A stretch of 64,000 bases of DNA from assembly GCA_003217875.1 (NCBI GenBank), contig QHMR01000017.1:2711-66710 (forward strand), given 5' to 3'. The first letter of the stretch is position 1; the number at the start of each line of letters is the position of its first letter. Of this stretch, positions 47,089 to 56,267 are shown in pieces. Position numbers and translations under genes: made by a program. The notes under the pieces were generated by a model that saw nothing but the letters and a program-made list of their open reading frames with translations, had not been told where the DNA came from and did no database searches. This DNA is from Verrucomicrobiota bacterium (GTDB lineage: Bacteria > Verrucomicrobiota > Verrucomicrobiia > Chthoniobacterales > UBA10450).

Positions 47089-47691
47089 ATGCCTGGCAAC
47101 GATCGAGGAAACCGAGCAAAATCGGAAGAAGACGCTGACGACTTGCGGCTCATGCAGCTGGTCGGTAGAGGCGATACCGGCGCATTCGAGCAGCTCATCG
47201 AAAAACATCAAGCTCTAGTGGCGGGGACAGTGGCGCGCATGCTGGGCAGTAACTCGGACGTAGAAGACATCGCGCAGCAGGTCTTTATCCGACTTTGGAA
47301 AAGCGCGCGCCGATACGTCCCCCGCGCAAAGTTCACCACGTGGCTGTTGAAAATTACGCGCAACCTGGTTTTTAACGAGATGCGCCGTACGAAGCGACGC
47401 GCGCATGTTCCGCTTCAGTCGGAACCGGGCGCAGAGGATCCCCCTGTGAAGGATGAGATGAATCTCGCGCCGGATGCGTCGCTTTTGGAGACGGAACTTC
47501 AGCGAACGATTGAAGAAGCGATTCTGCAGCTGCCGGAGACCCAACGCATGGCGCTGGTGCTGCGGAGGTATGAACAGCTTAGTTATGAGCAAATTGCCGA
47601 GGTCCTCGATCTCTCCGTTCCCGCTGTAAAAAGCGTGCTCTTTCGCGCGCGATCCGAACTCCGCTCCAAGCTGAGTAAGTATCTTACCTGA
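47089..47691 (+). CDS. ECF RNA polymerase sigma factor
   Basis: AFEQLIEKHQALVAGTVARML...DIAQQVFIRLW...LPETQRMALVLRRYEQLSYEQIAEVLDLSVPAVKSVLFRAR. No adjacent anti-sigma gene. Confidence 0.9.
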   Translation: MPGNDRGNRAKSEEDADDLRLMQLVGRGDTGAFEQLIEKHQALVAGTVARMLGSNSDVEDIAQQVFIRLWKSARRYVPRAKFTTWLLKITRNLVFNEMRRTKRRAHVPLQSEPGAEDPPVKDEMNLAPDASLLETELQRTIEEAILQLPETQRMALVLRRYEQLSYEQIAEVLDLSVPAVKSVLFRARSELRSKLSKYLT

Positions 47692-47714
47692 GCAGGAAGG
47701 CTCGGTCGCTTTCG

Positions 47715-48134
47715 TTAGCGCTCGATCACTCGTCCCCGGACACGCTTGATCTGCGCATGATGAGTGAGCACATGCACGTGCCCGTCGCTGCCACGGAAAA
47801 ATGCGCTCAGAATCCAGCTCACGATGCTGATAACGATCGCTCCCCAGAACGCGCTCCAGAAGTGATCCACATGGAAGCCGACCACCACGCTCGGCACTAC
47901 CAGCAGCAACAGACCGTTCAGGATGAGAATAAAAAAGCCGAGCGTAACGAGAATAAGCGGCGCACTGAGGATTAACAGAAAAGGGCGAACAAACGCGTTG
48001 AGAATGCCGAGCAAAAGTGAGGCGCCGATCAACGCCGCGACAGTGTCATAACGGATTCCGTGGATGACCGAGGAGGCAACCATTACGGCGATCGTTGTGA
48101 CAGCCCAGCGGAAAACGAAATGTTTAATGCCCAT
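47715..48134 (-). CDS. Four-TM membrane protein, phage-holin-4_2-like family
   Basis: FRWAVTTIAVMVAS...LLLGILNAFVRPFLLILSAPLILVTLGFFILILNGLLL.... Confidence 0.6.
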   Translation of the reverse strand: MGIKHFVFRWAVTTIAVMVASSVIHGIRYDTVAALIGASLLLGILNAFVRPFLLILSAPLILVTLGFFILILNGLLLLVVPSVVVGFHVDHFWSAFWGAIVISIVSWILSAFFRGSDGHVHVLTHHAQIKRVRGRVIER

Positions 48135-48195
48135 GCGTTTGCTCTAATTTACTCCTCAATCAAACAAGAGCGAGAAAGCACTTGCCAACCGATGG

Positions 48196-48455
48196 ATGAA
48201 CGATAAAGCAATTGAAGTTGCCGATACGGATCATTCTGTGGCCAAAAAGAACAAAATTGTCCAAAGCAAAAATCAGGCGCCCGCAGAAGCCGGCGGATCG
48301 TCCCCAGAAGCGAAGCCGCGTCGAGTGCCTCGACCGCGTCGCGGGGCAACAAGCCGGAAGAAACCGGCGACGGACGGAACAATTTGCCCGGTAACGCGGA
48401 GTCAGATTGGCTCGAAGCGAAGCGGCAGCTGCTCTTCGAAGGTGGCCGCCGCTAA
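48196..48455 (+). pseudogene. Possible DUF2934-like small gene split over two frames
   Basis: Frame 1 from ATG 48196 reads MNDKAIEVADTDHSVAKKNK...RKKPATDG. A different frame ends ...NNLPGNAESDWLEAKRQLLFEGGRR* (stop 48453-48455), which looks like the DUF2934 C-terminal DWLEAE+QL motif. Weak call. Confidence 0.3.
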
Positions 48456-48473
48456 GTTTACGGGCCTCAGTAG

Positions 48474-49397
48474 CTAATACGATGGAAAACGCTCTCGCTG
48501 ATCTGGCGCAGGCTCTCCGAGAACGCCTCGTAGTAATTCGGGATGAGCAAAGCCGTCGCGACCACGCAAACCACATTGCTCGATTGAAAGCAGTCGCAGA
48601 GAAGATCGAGACACTCCAAGAGGCGCTTCCGCGGCCAGTCGATCCCCGGCTGGCGCATTACCTCCAGCGCAAAAGTTTTGATAAGGCGCTGGAATATTTA
48701 GAAACCAACTGTAGGGGCGGTCTGTAAGCGCCCATCCCCCATGTCGCGCGGATTCTAGTCGACGCTCATAGTGCGCCGCTACAGATCGCCGCGAATAGAG
48801 CTCGACGATGAGCTGTTCGTTCACGATTGGCTGCATCTCTTCCCGAGATGGAATGCGGGCCACCTTGCCGCTGAGCGCATCGCGATCGACTGTGAGCCAG
48901 TCGGGCACGGGAACAATTTGTGTTAGATCAAGGTTGCGGAGCACCAGTTGGCGCGATTTTGGTTTATCTTTGATCGTGATCTCGTCGCCTGCCTTCACAT
49001 TGTAAGAAGCAACATTCACCGTGCGTCCATTTACGAGCACGTGGCCATGCGACACCAGTTGGCGAGCAGCGCTGCGCGTGTTAGCAAGGCCAAGTCGGTA
49101 AACGACATTATCGATACGCGTCTCCAATAGTTGAAGAAGTGTTTCACCTGTCACACCACGCTTCTGCAGCGCCTTCTCGAAAATCCTCCGAAATTGCCGC
49201 TCGAGAAGCCCATATTGATAGCGCAACTTTTGTTTCTCACCGAGGGCAATTGCATACTCCGATTGTTTGCGCCGGGAACCTCTCGGGCCGTGCATGCCGG
49301 GCGGATAATTTTTTCGCTCCAATGCCTTGGAGGAACCGAAAATCGGCACACCGTAACGCCTGCTTACTTTGGTTTTTGGTCCTGTGTATCTAGCCAT
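48474..49397 (-). CDS. rpsD: 30S ribosomal protein S4; canonical 204 aa followed by a ~103-codon read-through tail with no S4 similarity
   Basis: MARYTGPKTKVSRRYGVPIFG...IVELYSRR ends at about 48786, where S4 proteins normally stop. The frame stays open to 48474. Confidence 0.9.
   Translation of the reverse strand: MARYTGPKTKVSRRYGVPIFGSSKALERKNYPPGMHGPRGSRRKQSEYAIALGEKQKLRYQYGLLERQFRRIFEKALQKRGVTGETLLQLLETRIDNVVYRLGLANTRSAARQLVSHGHVLVNGRTVNVASYNVKAGDEITIKDKPKSRQLVLRNLDLTQIVPVPDWLTVDRDALSGKVARIPSREEMQPIVNEQLIVELYSRRSVAAHYERRLESARHGGWALTDRPYSWFLNIPAPYQNFCAGGNAPAGDRLAAEAPLGVSRSSLRLLSIEQCGLRGRDGFAHPELLRGVLGEPAPDQRERFPSY
48482..48727 (+). CDS. Hypothetical helical protein (81 aa)
   Basis: MENALADLAQALRERLVVIRDEQSRRDHANHIARLKAVAEKIETLQEAL.... 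It is convergent with, and overlapped by, the read-through tail of rpsD. Confidence 0.45.
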   Translation: MENALADLAQALRERLVVIRDEQSRRDHANHIARLKAVAEKIETLQEALPRPVDPRLAHYLQRKSFDKALEYLETNCRGGL

Positions 49398-49426
49398 TGG
49401 GTTCGTTAAGTCGTTAAAGCGGAATC

Positions 49427-50032
49427 CTACACCCGGCGTTGTTTTGGCGGACGACAGCCGTTGTGCGGCACAGGCGTAACGTCGCGAATCACAGTGAGAT
49501 CGAGTCCGATTGCCTGCAAGGCGCGCACGGCGGATTCGCGTCCGGCTCCGGGTCCCCTGACTAAAACTTCCACTTCTTTCAGCCCGTGGCCCATGGCCTG
49601 GCGAGAGGCGTCCTGCGCAACCATCTGTGCTGCGTAAGCCGTGCTCTTGCGCGAACCTTTGAAGCCCACTTTTCCAGCGCTCGACCATCCAATCACGTTC
49701 CCTTTCATGTCAGTGATCGTCACGATTGTGTTGTTAAAGGTCGAAAGCACATGGGCGATCCCTGAATGAACGTTCTTGCTGCCTTTGGCTTTAACAATCT
49801 TCGGCTTGTCGACGTCATCCGTCGCGAGTGAGAGGCTCTCCGCAGCGTCCGCGGCAGGGGCTGATTGTTCTTTCTTTTGCCTTGCAGGCTTTTTGGCAGA
49901 CTTGGCTGCGTCAGCTTTTGATGCTGGTACCTTCTCGCCTTCGCGAGAATCCGCCGGAGTTGCGGTTTGCTTCGGCTCCTTCTCCTTTGGTTCTTCTGGA
50001 GTTGGATCGGTCGGACTGTTCGGCTCAGCCAT
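49427..50032 (-). CDS. rpsK: 30S ribosomal protein S11 with an N-terminal low-complexity extension of about 70 aa
   Basis: The core is [18 protein letters not shown]...[13 protein letters not shown]. It is preceded by a Pro/Glu/Lys/Ala-rich segment. Confidence 0.95.
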   Translation of the reverse strand: MAEPNSPTDPTPEEPKEKEPKQTATPADSREGEKVPASKADAAKSAKKPARQKKEQSAPAADAAESLSLATDDVDKPKIVKAKGSKNVHSGIAHVLSTFNNTIVTITDMKGNVIGWSSAGKVGFKGSRKSTAYAAQMVAQDASRQAMGHGLKEVEVLVRGPGAGRESAVRALQAIGLDLTVIRDVTPVPHNGCRPPKQRRV

Positions 50033-50048
50033 AATTCTAATGAGTCAC

Positions 50049-50444
50049 TTAAACTTTGCCGGCTTTGGCTTCCGGATTGCGGATCACGCCGACGGTCTTA
50101 CGCGGTCCTTTGCGCGTCCGGGCATTCGTTGAAGTGCGTTGGCCGCGCACAGGCAAGCCCTTCCGGTGACGGATGCCGCGATAACTATTGATCGCTTGCA
50201 GACGTTTCAAGTTACCTTGCACGTCGCGGCGCAGATCGCCTTCAATTTTGATCTTGTTATTCGTGATTGCGTGAATGATTTCATTCAACTGCTGCGGCGT
50301 AAGGTTTTTCGCGCGAATGTTTGGGTCAATGTTAGTCTGCTCGAGAATGCGCCTCGCTGTGCTAAAGCCAATTCCGTAGATATAAGTCAGCGACGCCTCG
50401 ATGCGCTTGTCTGCTGGAATTTCAACTCCGAGTAATCTTGGCAT
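50049..50444 (-). CDS. rpsM: 30S ribosomal protein S13
   Basis: [26 protein letters not shown].... Confidence 0.97.
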   Translation of the reverse strand: MPRLLGVEIPADKRIEASLTYIYGIGFSTARRILEQTNIDPNIRAKNLTPQQLNEIIHAITNNKIKIEGDLRRDVQGNLKRLQAINSYRGIRHRKGLPVRGQRTSTNARTRKGPRKTVGVIRNPEAKAGKV

Positions 50445-50464
50445 AACTAATCACGTTCCACCGA

Positions 50465-50578
50465 TCACCCTTGCTTTTGTTTGTGGCGCGGGTTCTTGCA
50501 GATCACGCGCACGACATTCTTGCGCTTCACGATCCTGCAACTCGCACAAAGTCTTTTTACTGATGGTCGTACTTTCAT
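50465..50578 (-). CDS. rpmJ: 50S ribosomal protein L36
   Basis: Own translation: [37 protein letters not shown]. It is too short for the ORF track. Confidence 0.95.
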   Translation of the reverse strand: MKVRPSVKRLCASCRIVKRKNVVRVICKNPRHKQKQG

Positions 50579-50617
50579 AATCTGCGAAATAGACAACAGC
50601 GGGGGGCCACCGCGTTA

Positions 50618-50836
50618 TCATTTTTGGCGATAAGTAATTCGCCCCTTCGACAAATCGTAAGGTGAAATCTCTAGCATAACTTTGTCACCTGGCAAGATCC
50701 GAATGAAGTGCAAACGCATTTTCCCGGAGATATGCGCCAGAACACGATGGCCATTAGCGAGTTCAACCCTGAACATGGTATTGGGCAGCAACTCGACCAC
50801 TTTGCCCTCTACTTCAATTGCGTCTTTGTGCGCCAT
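50618..50836 (-). CDS. infA: Translation initiation factor IF-1
   Basis: [41 protein letters not shown].... Confidence 0.97.
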   Translation of the reverse strand: MAHKDAIEVEGKVVELLPNTMFRVELANGHRVLAHISGKMRLHFIRILPGDKVMLEISPYDLSKGRITYRQK

Positions 50837-51585
50837 GTCAGAATTTCAGGCTCATCCTTCGTAATCAGGACCGTGTGTTCGAAGTGCGCCGAAGGCATGC
50901 CATCTGCCGTTCGCACCGTCCACCCGTCATCAAGCAATCGTACTTCGGACGTGCCGATGTTGATCATCGGCTCAATTGCCAGCGTCATCCCTGCTTTTAA
51001 CTTTGGGCCGCTGCCGCGCTTGCCGTAATTGGGAATCTGCGGTTCCTCGTGCATTTTTCGTCCCACACCGTGCCCAACAAATTCGCGCACGACTGAGAAA
51101 CTAAAGCGCCGCGCTTCATCTTCGATTTCAGCGCAAATGTCACCCACCCGCCGACCTTCGCGGGCGACGCTGATCGCGTGTGCGAGCGCATTTTCCGTAA
51201 CGCGCAGCAGCTGATCCGTCCGTTCATCAATGATTCCAGCTGGGACAGTCGTGGCGTTATCGCCCACCCAGCCATCCTGGATAATGCCGATGTCCAGCTT
51301 TACAATGTCGCCGTACTGAATTCGCCGTTGGCTACCGATGCCGTGCACCACTTCGTCATTTAGCGAGATGCAAATGTTTCCAGGAAAAACGCGGTGCCCG
51401 AGCCGGTAACCGAGAAATGCGCTCTTCACGCGGGCCTCGCTCATGAAATCCGCTGCCGCTTCGTCGACTTCTTTGGTCGTAATCCCTGGGCGAACCAGGT
51501 CGCGGACCCGGTCCAGGATATCGCTGGCCGTGCGACACGCCTGCCGCATCTTCTCAATTTCTCTGGCGTTCTTAATCGGAATCAC
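50809..51585 (-). CDS. map: Type I methionine aminopeptidase
   Basis: [15 protein letters not shown]...VHGIG...DIVKLDIG...[10 protein letters not shown]...LAIEPM...FEHTVLIT. Confidence 0.95.
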   Translation of the reverse strand: MIPIKNAREIEKMRQACRTASDILDRVRDLVRPGITTKEVDEAAADFMSEARVKSAFLGYRLGHRVFPGNICISLNDEVVHGIGSQRRIQYGDIVKLDIGIIQDGWVGDNATTVPAGIIDERTDQLLRVTENALAHAISVAREGRRVGDICAEIEDEARRFSFSVVREFVGHGVGRKMHEEPQIPNYGKRGSGPKLKAGMTLAIEPMINIGTSEVRLLDDGWTVRTADGMPSAHFEHTVLITKDEPEILTWRTKTQLK

Positions 51586-52241
51586 GTCGCGCTTTTGCCC
51601 TCAATCAATCGCGAAATGTCGGCAAATACCGCTTCGCGATCACGGTTACCGTCGATCCGATGCAAGATCGACATTTTTTGATAAAAAGATGCCAGCGGTT
51701 CGGTTTTGGCGTGGAATTCTTGCAAGCGTGTTTGCAACACGCCCAGATCATCGTCATTGCGGCGCACCAATGGACCATCGCAGTAAGGACATACAGGCCG
51801 ATTGGCAAACTGCGCGCTCGATGAGCTGGTGGTAAAACCGCATTCGCCGCATTGAAGCCGGCCCGCGATACGGTCACGAACTGTCTCCTCCGACACTTCG
51901 AGCCAGATCACCAAATCCAAGGCCGTTCGTAACCTTGCTAACATTGCATTCAAACTCTCGGCCTGCAGCAGCGTGCGAGGGAAACCATCGAAAACGAACC
52001 CGTGGCTGCCATGCAACCGCAACCAATCCTCGATCAATTCAATGATGATCTTATCCGGGACCAGACCGCCGCTTCGGAGCACTTCAGCGGTCTCCTGTCC
52101 AAGGGGTGTCCCCAGATCTCGTTCACGGCGCAAGATAGCGCCCGGTGAAGTGACGGGAATGCCGAAGTGACGCGTAATCAATTCAGCCTGGGTCCCTTTG
52201 CCGGAACCGGGCGGACCAAGAAGCACAAGCCGCCTTTTCAC
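51582..52241 (-). CDS. adk: Adenylate kinase (zinc-lid type)
   Basis: GPPGSGKGTQ P-loop; the lid is CGECG...CPYCDG. GTG start directly after the secY stop. Confidence 0.95.
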   Translation of the reverse strand: MKRRLVLLGPPGSGKGTQAELITRHFGIPVTSPGAILRRERDLGTPLGQETAEVLRSGGLVPDKIIIELIEDWLRLHGSHGFVFDGFPRTLLQAESLNAMLARLRTALDLVIWLEVSEETVRDRIAGRLQCGECGFTTSSSSAQFANRPVCPYCDGPLVRRNDDDLGVLQTRLQEFHAKTEPLASFYQKMSILHRIDGNRDREAVFADISRLIEGKSAT

Positions 52242-53750
52242 CTATCGCCCGTAAAGAAAAATGGCGACCCCAGCGATCACAAGCACTGCGATCCCTACAT
52301 ACAGCCACATTAGCGTTCCACCTGCTGCTGCCTCGCCGCGAGCATACGAAGCGCGATCAAATGAACGTCCGCGAATCCGGCCTTTTCGCAAAAAGCCGTC
52401 GTAGTGTCGCTGAATCAGGTGTGTCTCCACTTGCCGCATTGTATCCAGCATGACGCCCACAATGATCAACAAACTGGTGCCGCCAAAGAATTGCGCCGTG
52501 ATCATGGGTACATTCAATCCCTGGCTAAGAAGACTTGGCACAACGGCTATGACCGTTAAAAAAATCGCGCCGGCAAACGTGAGTCGCGTCATCGTGAAAT
52601 CAAGAAAGTCGGCAGTCGGTTTTCCCGGCCGGACGCCAGGAATGTAACCGCCGTATTTCTTTAGATCGTCCGCGATTTGAGTCGGTTGAAACTGTGTGGC
52701 AACCCAGAAATAACTAAAAAAGAAAATCATTGCCGCCAGAGCAACGTAATGAGGCCAGCCCGTGGAAAGCGCGCTGGCGATCCGCGCGGCTGTAGGGCTG
52801 TTTCGAAACCCGTACTGAACAATCGTCGCTGGAAAGAGAAGTAGTGCCCAGGCAAAGATGATCGGCATCACACCGGCGTAATTCACTTTCAAAGGCATGT
52901 ATTGCGTCTGGCCGCCGTACATTTTGCGGCCCACCACCCGCTTGGCATACTGAACGGTGATCTTTCGTACCCCTTGCGTGATCGTGATCACCGCGGCAAT
53001 GACGATGATCAAGAACAACACTAGCAATACAAGGACCATCGGATTTACCTGGCTTGATCCAGTTTGCGCAGAAGGCACAAAGGTCTTCCATGCCTGCGCG
53101 AGCGCGGCCGGCAAGCGCGCGACAATTCCAATCGTGATGATCAGGGATATCCCGTTGCCAATACCCCGCTCGGTGATTTGATCGCCCAGCCACATCAGCA
53201 AAAGAGTGCCGGTCGTCAGGGATATCACTGTTACGATTCGAAATTTCCACCCAAGATCGTCCACCAGCGGAATTCCCAGGTTCCGAATGGTATCCGTAAT
53301 GCCCGGCAGCATGGTGTGATACGATTCGGGGTGCTGAAACGAGAGCGCCAGCAGGTAACCTTGAAAAATGCACAGCCCGACCGTGGTATAGCGCGTTAAC
53401 TGCATGATCTTTTGCCGACCGCCGTCTTCACGTGCCAGCCTGCCAAGCTGTGGAATGACTGCAGTGAGCAACTGCATCATGATCGAAGCGCTGATGTACG
53501 GCATGATCCCTAACGAAAAGATCGCGCAATTTTCGAGCGCGCCGCCACTGAACAGGTTAAACAGCGCCGCCAAACCGCCGCCGGTGCGCTGAGTCAGCGA
53601 CGTGCGAAACCATTCTTGCAAAACGGCCTGGTTAACTCCCGGGGTTGTGATTGCAGCTCCGAGACGCACAACCACGATTATCGCCAGCGTAAACAAAATA
53701 CGCCGGCGCAGTTCTGGTATTTTGACTGTGTTTAGAAACGCCGAGACCAT
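52242..53750 (-). CDS. secY: Preprotein translocase subunit SecY, with an extra C-terminal TM segment
   Basis: IPELRRRILFTLAIIVVVRLGAAITTPG...GIMPYISASIMMQLL.... The tail after HYDGFLRK is about 45 aa longer than usual and ends in the hydrophobic helix LMWLYVGIAVLVIAGVAIFLY. Confidence 0.95.
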   Translation of the reverse strand: MVSAFLNTVKIPELRRRILFTLAIIVVVRLGAAITTPGVNQAVLQEWFRTSLTQRTGGGLAALFNLFSGGALENCAIFSLGIMPYISASIMMQLLTAVIPQLGRLAREDGGRQKIMQLTRYTTVGLCIFQGYLLALSFQHPESYHTMLPGITDTIRNLGIPLVDDLGWKFRIVTVISLTTGTLLLMWLGDQITERGIGNGISLIITIGIVARLPAALAQAWKTFVPSAQTGSSQVNPMVLVLLVLFLIIVIAAVITITQGVRKITVQYAKRVVGRKMYGGQTQYMPLKVNYAGVMPIIFAWALLLFPATIVQYGFRNSPTAARIASALSTGWPHYVALAAMIFFFSYFWVATQFQPTQIADDLKKYGGYIPGVRPGKPTADFLDFTMTRLTFAGAIFLTVIAVVPSLLSQGLNVPMITAQFFGGTSLLIIVGVMLDTMRQVETHLIQRHYDGFLRKGRIRGRSFDRASYARGEAAAGGTLMWLYVGIAVLVIAGVAIFLYGR

Positions 53751-53782
53751 CCGCTAAATCTGGAACATCGGGTGCCGAGAAG

Positions 53783-54400
53783 CTAGCTTTCTCGCGATGC
53801 TTTCTTTTTCCCACGCGACTTCACTTTCACCGACGGCTTCCGGGTCGATTTTTTCTTCGTTCCCGCCTGCGAGGCAGGTTCAGCAAATGCTTCTCTGGAG
53901 GGGATCTCAGCCTGATCGCTCTCACTGATTGCACCTGATTTCCGTTCTCGTCCCTCGCGCAGTGTAATCGTTCCCCCAGCCTTCTCGATTTTCTCCCGTG
54001 CTGTGGCGCTGACCTTATCGGCTTCCACCCTCAGGCCGTGCTTCAATTCACCATCGCCAAGGATTTTTATTCCGGCGAAATGGCCTCGGACAAGATTCGA
54101 CTCGCGTAGCACTTGTTCGTTTATCACGACTCCGGCTTCAAATGCATTGAGGTCGTCGATATTGACAATCGCGTAATGCTTGTGAAACGCCGCATTATTG
54201 AATCCCCGCTTCGGCAACCGTCGAATCAGCGGCATCTGCCCACCTTCGAACCCAAGCCGAATGCTCCCGCCCGAGCGGGCCTTCTGCCCTTTATGCCCTT
54301 TGCCGCTGGTTTTCCCGTGCCCTGAGCTTTCGCCGCAGCCCAACCGCTTGACGCGATGTCGCGCACCAGGACGCGGCCGCAAGTTATGAAGACGCATCAT
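53783..54400 (-). CDS. rplO: 50S ribosomal protein L15 with a Lys-rich C-terminal extension
   Basis: (M)[44 protein letters not shown].... The extra tail of about 60 aa is ...[26 protein letters not shown]. Confidence 0.93.
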   Translation of the reverse strand: MMRLHNLRPRPGARHRVKRLGCGESSGHGKTSGKGHKGQKARSGGSIRLGFEGGQMPLIRRLPKRGFNNAAFHKHYAIVNIDDLNAFEAGVVINEQVLRESNLVRGHFAGIKILGDGELKHGLRVEADKVSATAREKIEKAGGTITLREGRERKSGAISESDQAEIPSREAFAEPASQAGTKKKSTRKPSVKVKSRGKKKASRES

Positions 54401-54950
54401 TTCGCTCTCCCTTTCCATCACCGGACTGGATTCCGCGCACTTTAAAAATTTCGTCCCTACGGCGAAGTGATCGTAGCGCGACAATCGTCGCCTTTACGAC
54501 GTTAGCGTGATTACTTGATCCGAGTGACTTCGCCAGCACGTCGCGAATGCCGGCCGCTTCGGCTACGGCTCGCACGCCTCCGCCAGCAATAATGCCGGTC
54601 CCCGGCGACGCCGGCCGCAGGAGCACTCGCGCTCCATCGAATTCGCCGATCACTTCGTGAGGAATGGTGTTTTCGTTCAATGAAACTTTTTCCATCGCTT
54701 TACGCGCTGCTTCCGAGGCTTTTCGAATAGCCTCGGAGACTTCGTTGGCCTTGCCAAATCCGCACCCCACTTTTCCATCGTGATCTCCAGCAACGATCAA
54801 CGCGCTGAAGCTAAAACGTCGACCGCCCTTCACGACCTTGGCACAACGATTGATAAAGACGACTTTCTCCGTCGTATCGCCTTTTGCCGCAGGGGTTTTA
54901 TCCGGCCTGCGCGAGTCTGGTCGTCTTCGTGAAGAAGTTGTTTGAGCCAT
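54384..54950 (-). CDS. rpsE: 30S ribosomal protein S5
   Basis: [27 protein letters not shown]...[13 protein letters not shown]. Confidence 0.97.
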   Translation of the reverse strand: MAQTTSSRRRPDSRRPDKTPAAKGDTTEKVVFINRCAKVVKGGRRFSFSALIVAGDHDGKVGCGFGKANEVSEAIRKASEAARKAMEKVSLNENTIPHEVIGEFDGARVLLRPASPGTGIIAGGGVRAVAEAAGIRDVLAKSLGSSNHANVVKATIVALRSLRRRDEIFKVRGIQSGDGKGERNDASS

Positions 54951-54953
54951 AAA

Positions 54954-55316
54954 TCAGAATTTTAACCCGGTCGCACGTGCTGCTTCCGCTAATGCCTTTA
55001 CTTTTCCGTGATAAAAAAAACCCCCCCGATCAAAAACGACACGCTCGAGTTTCTTCGCCAGCGAACGTTCCGCGATTGCCTTGCCGATCAATTCTGCCGC
55101 AGCCTGATTGGCACGCAGTTTTTTTCCTTCGAGCAACGAGCGCTCTGTGGTTGAGGCAGCGGCCAGTGTCCGTCCGGCATCGTCATCGATCACTTGAGCG
55201 TAAACGTGCTTGCCAGAAAAATGAACTGCCAGCCGCGGTCGTTGCGCTGTGCCTGCGACTCTCTTCCTGATCCTTTGGTGAACACGCTTCCGCGCTGCCT
55301 TACGAGTCGTCGCCAT
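54954..55316 (-). CDS. rplR: 50S ribosomal protein L18
   Basis: RKRVHQRIRKRVAGTAQRPRLAVHFSGKHVYAQVIDD...FDRGGFFYHGKVKALAEAAR. Confidence 0.97.
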   Translation of the reverse strand: MATTRKAARKRVHQRIRKRVAGTAQRPRLAVHFSGKHVYAQVIDDDAGRTLAAASTTERSLLEGKKLRANQAAAELIGKAIAERSLAKKLERVVFDRGGFFYHGKVKALAEAARATGLKF

Positions 55317-55318
55317 AC

Positions 55319-55858
55319 CTATTGAACCGTCTTGCCCTCTTTGCGACGAATCTGCTCACCCGCGTAGCGCACCCCTTTGCCCTTATATGGTTCTGGAGGG
55401 TAAAACTGACGAATGTCCGCCGCCACCTGCCCGACGAGTTTCTTATCGACGCCTTGGATCGTAATTTTTGTGTTATCCGTGACCGTGATTTTGATGTCTT
55501 TCGGAATCGAAAATGGAACCGGATGCGAGAAGCCGAGGCTCAAGTTGAGGATCGATCCCTGCACCGCAGCCCTGAAACCGACGCCTTCGATTTCGAGTTG
55601 TTTGGTGAATCCTTCACTTACTCCCTGCACCATATTATGGACAAGACTGCGTGAAAGACCGTGTAATGCCTTCGCGCTTCGCGTTTCTGCTCCCCGCACC
55701 ACTGATATTCGGTTGTCTTTCACGCTTGCCGTGATATCGCGCGGGAGTCTCCACTGAAGTTTCCCCTTCGGCCCTTCCACCGAAACCGCTCCGTCACCGT
55801 CAATGTTTACTTTGACCTTGTCGGGGATCTCGACCGCTTTGTTTCCAATTCGTGACAT
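55319..55858 (-). CDS. rplF: 50S ribosomal protein L6
   Basis: MSRIGNKAVEIPDKVKVNIDG...YKGKGVRYAGE. Confidence 0.97.
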   Translation of the reverse strand: MSRIGNKAVEIPDKVKVNIDGDGAVSVEGPKGKLQWRLPRDITASVKDNRISVVRGAETRSAKALHGLSRSLVHNMVQGVSEGFTKQLEIEGVGFRAAVQGSILNLSLGFSHPVPFSIPKDIKITVTDNTKITIQGVDKKLVGQVAADIRQFYPPEPYKGKGVRYAGEQIRRKEGKTVQ

Positions 55859-55863
55859 AAAAT

Positions 55864-56262
55864 TTACCAAACGTATGCCAGCAGTTCCCCGCCGACCTTT
55901 TGTTTTCTCGCTTCGCGTCCTGACAAAATGCCGCGCGAAGTGGACAGAATTGCCAGACCCATTCCACCAAGGACCCGCGGAATTTCGTCCGCGCTAACGT
56001 ATCGGCGCAATCCCGGGCGGCTCACCCGCCGCAACCCTGCGATGGCGCTCGAACGGTTAGCGAGCTTGTTCGTGATCTTGATCTGTGGATGCGCCGCGCT
56101 CGTGTCAATCAAGTAGTCCGTGATGTAGCCTTCATCTTTCAAGATCCGGGCGATCTCGGCCTTGATTTTCGAGTACGGGACCAGTACTTCCGGCTTCTGC
56201 GCCCGCGTCCCGTTACGGAGACGCGCGAGAAAATCGGCAATGGGATCAGTAATAGTACTCAT
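55864..56262 (-). CDS. rpsH: 30S ribosomal protein S8
   Basis: DPIADFLARLRNG.... Its start lies 5 nt after the rplE stop, so no S14 gene sits between them. Confidence 0.97.
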   Translation of the reverse strand: MSTITDPIADFLARLRNGTRAQKPEVLVPYSKIKAEIARILKDEGYITDYLIDTSAAHPQIKITNKLANRSSAIAGLRRVSRPGLRRYVSADEIPRVLGGMGLAILSTSRGILSGREARKQKVGGELLAYVW

Positions 56263-56267
56263 GAGAA

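Noticed and set aside
48474-48786. Treating the 103-codon rpsD tail as a genuine extra domain
   Set aside because: Its composition looks like non-coding read-through. It lies antisense to a more protein-like convergent ORF. I flag it as a lost stop or breakpoint rather than a domain.
52714-53373. 219-aa alternative-frame ORF within secY
   Set aside because: It is on the same strand as secY but out of frame. SecY identity is unambiguous.
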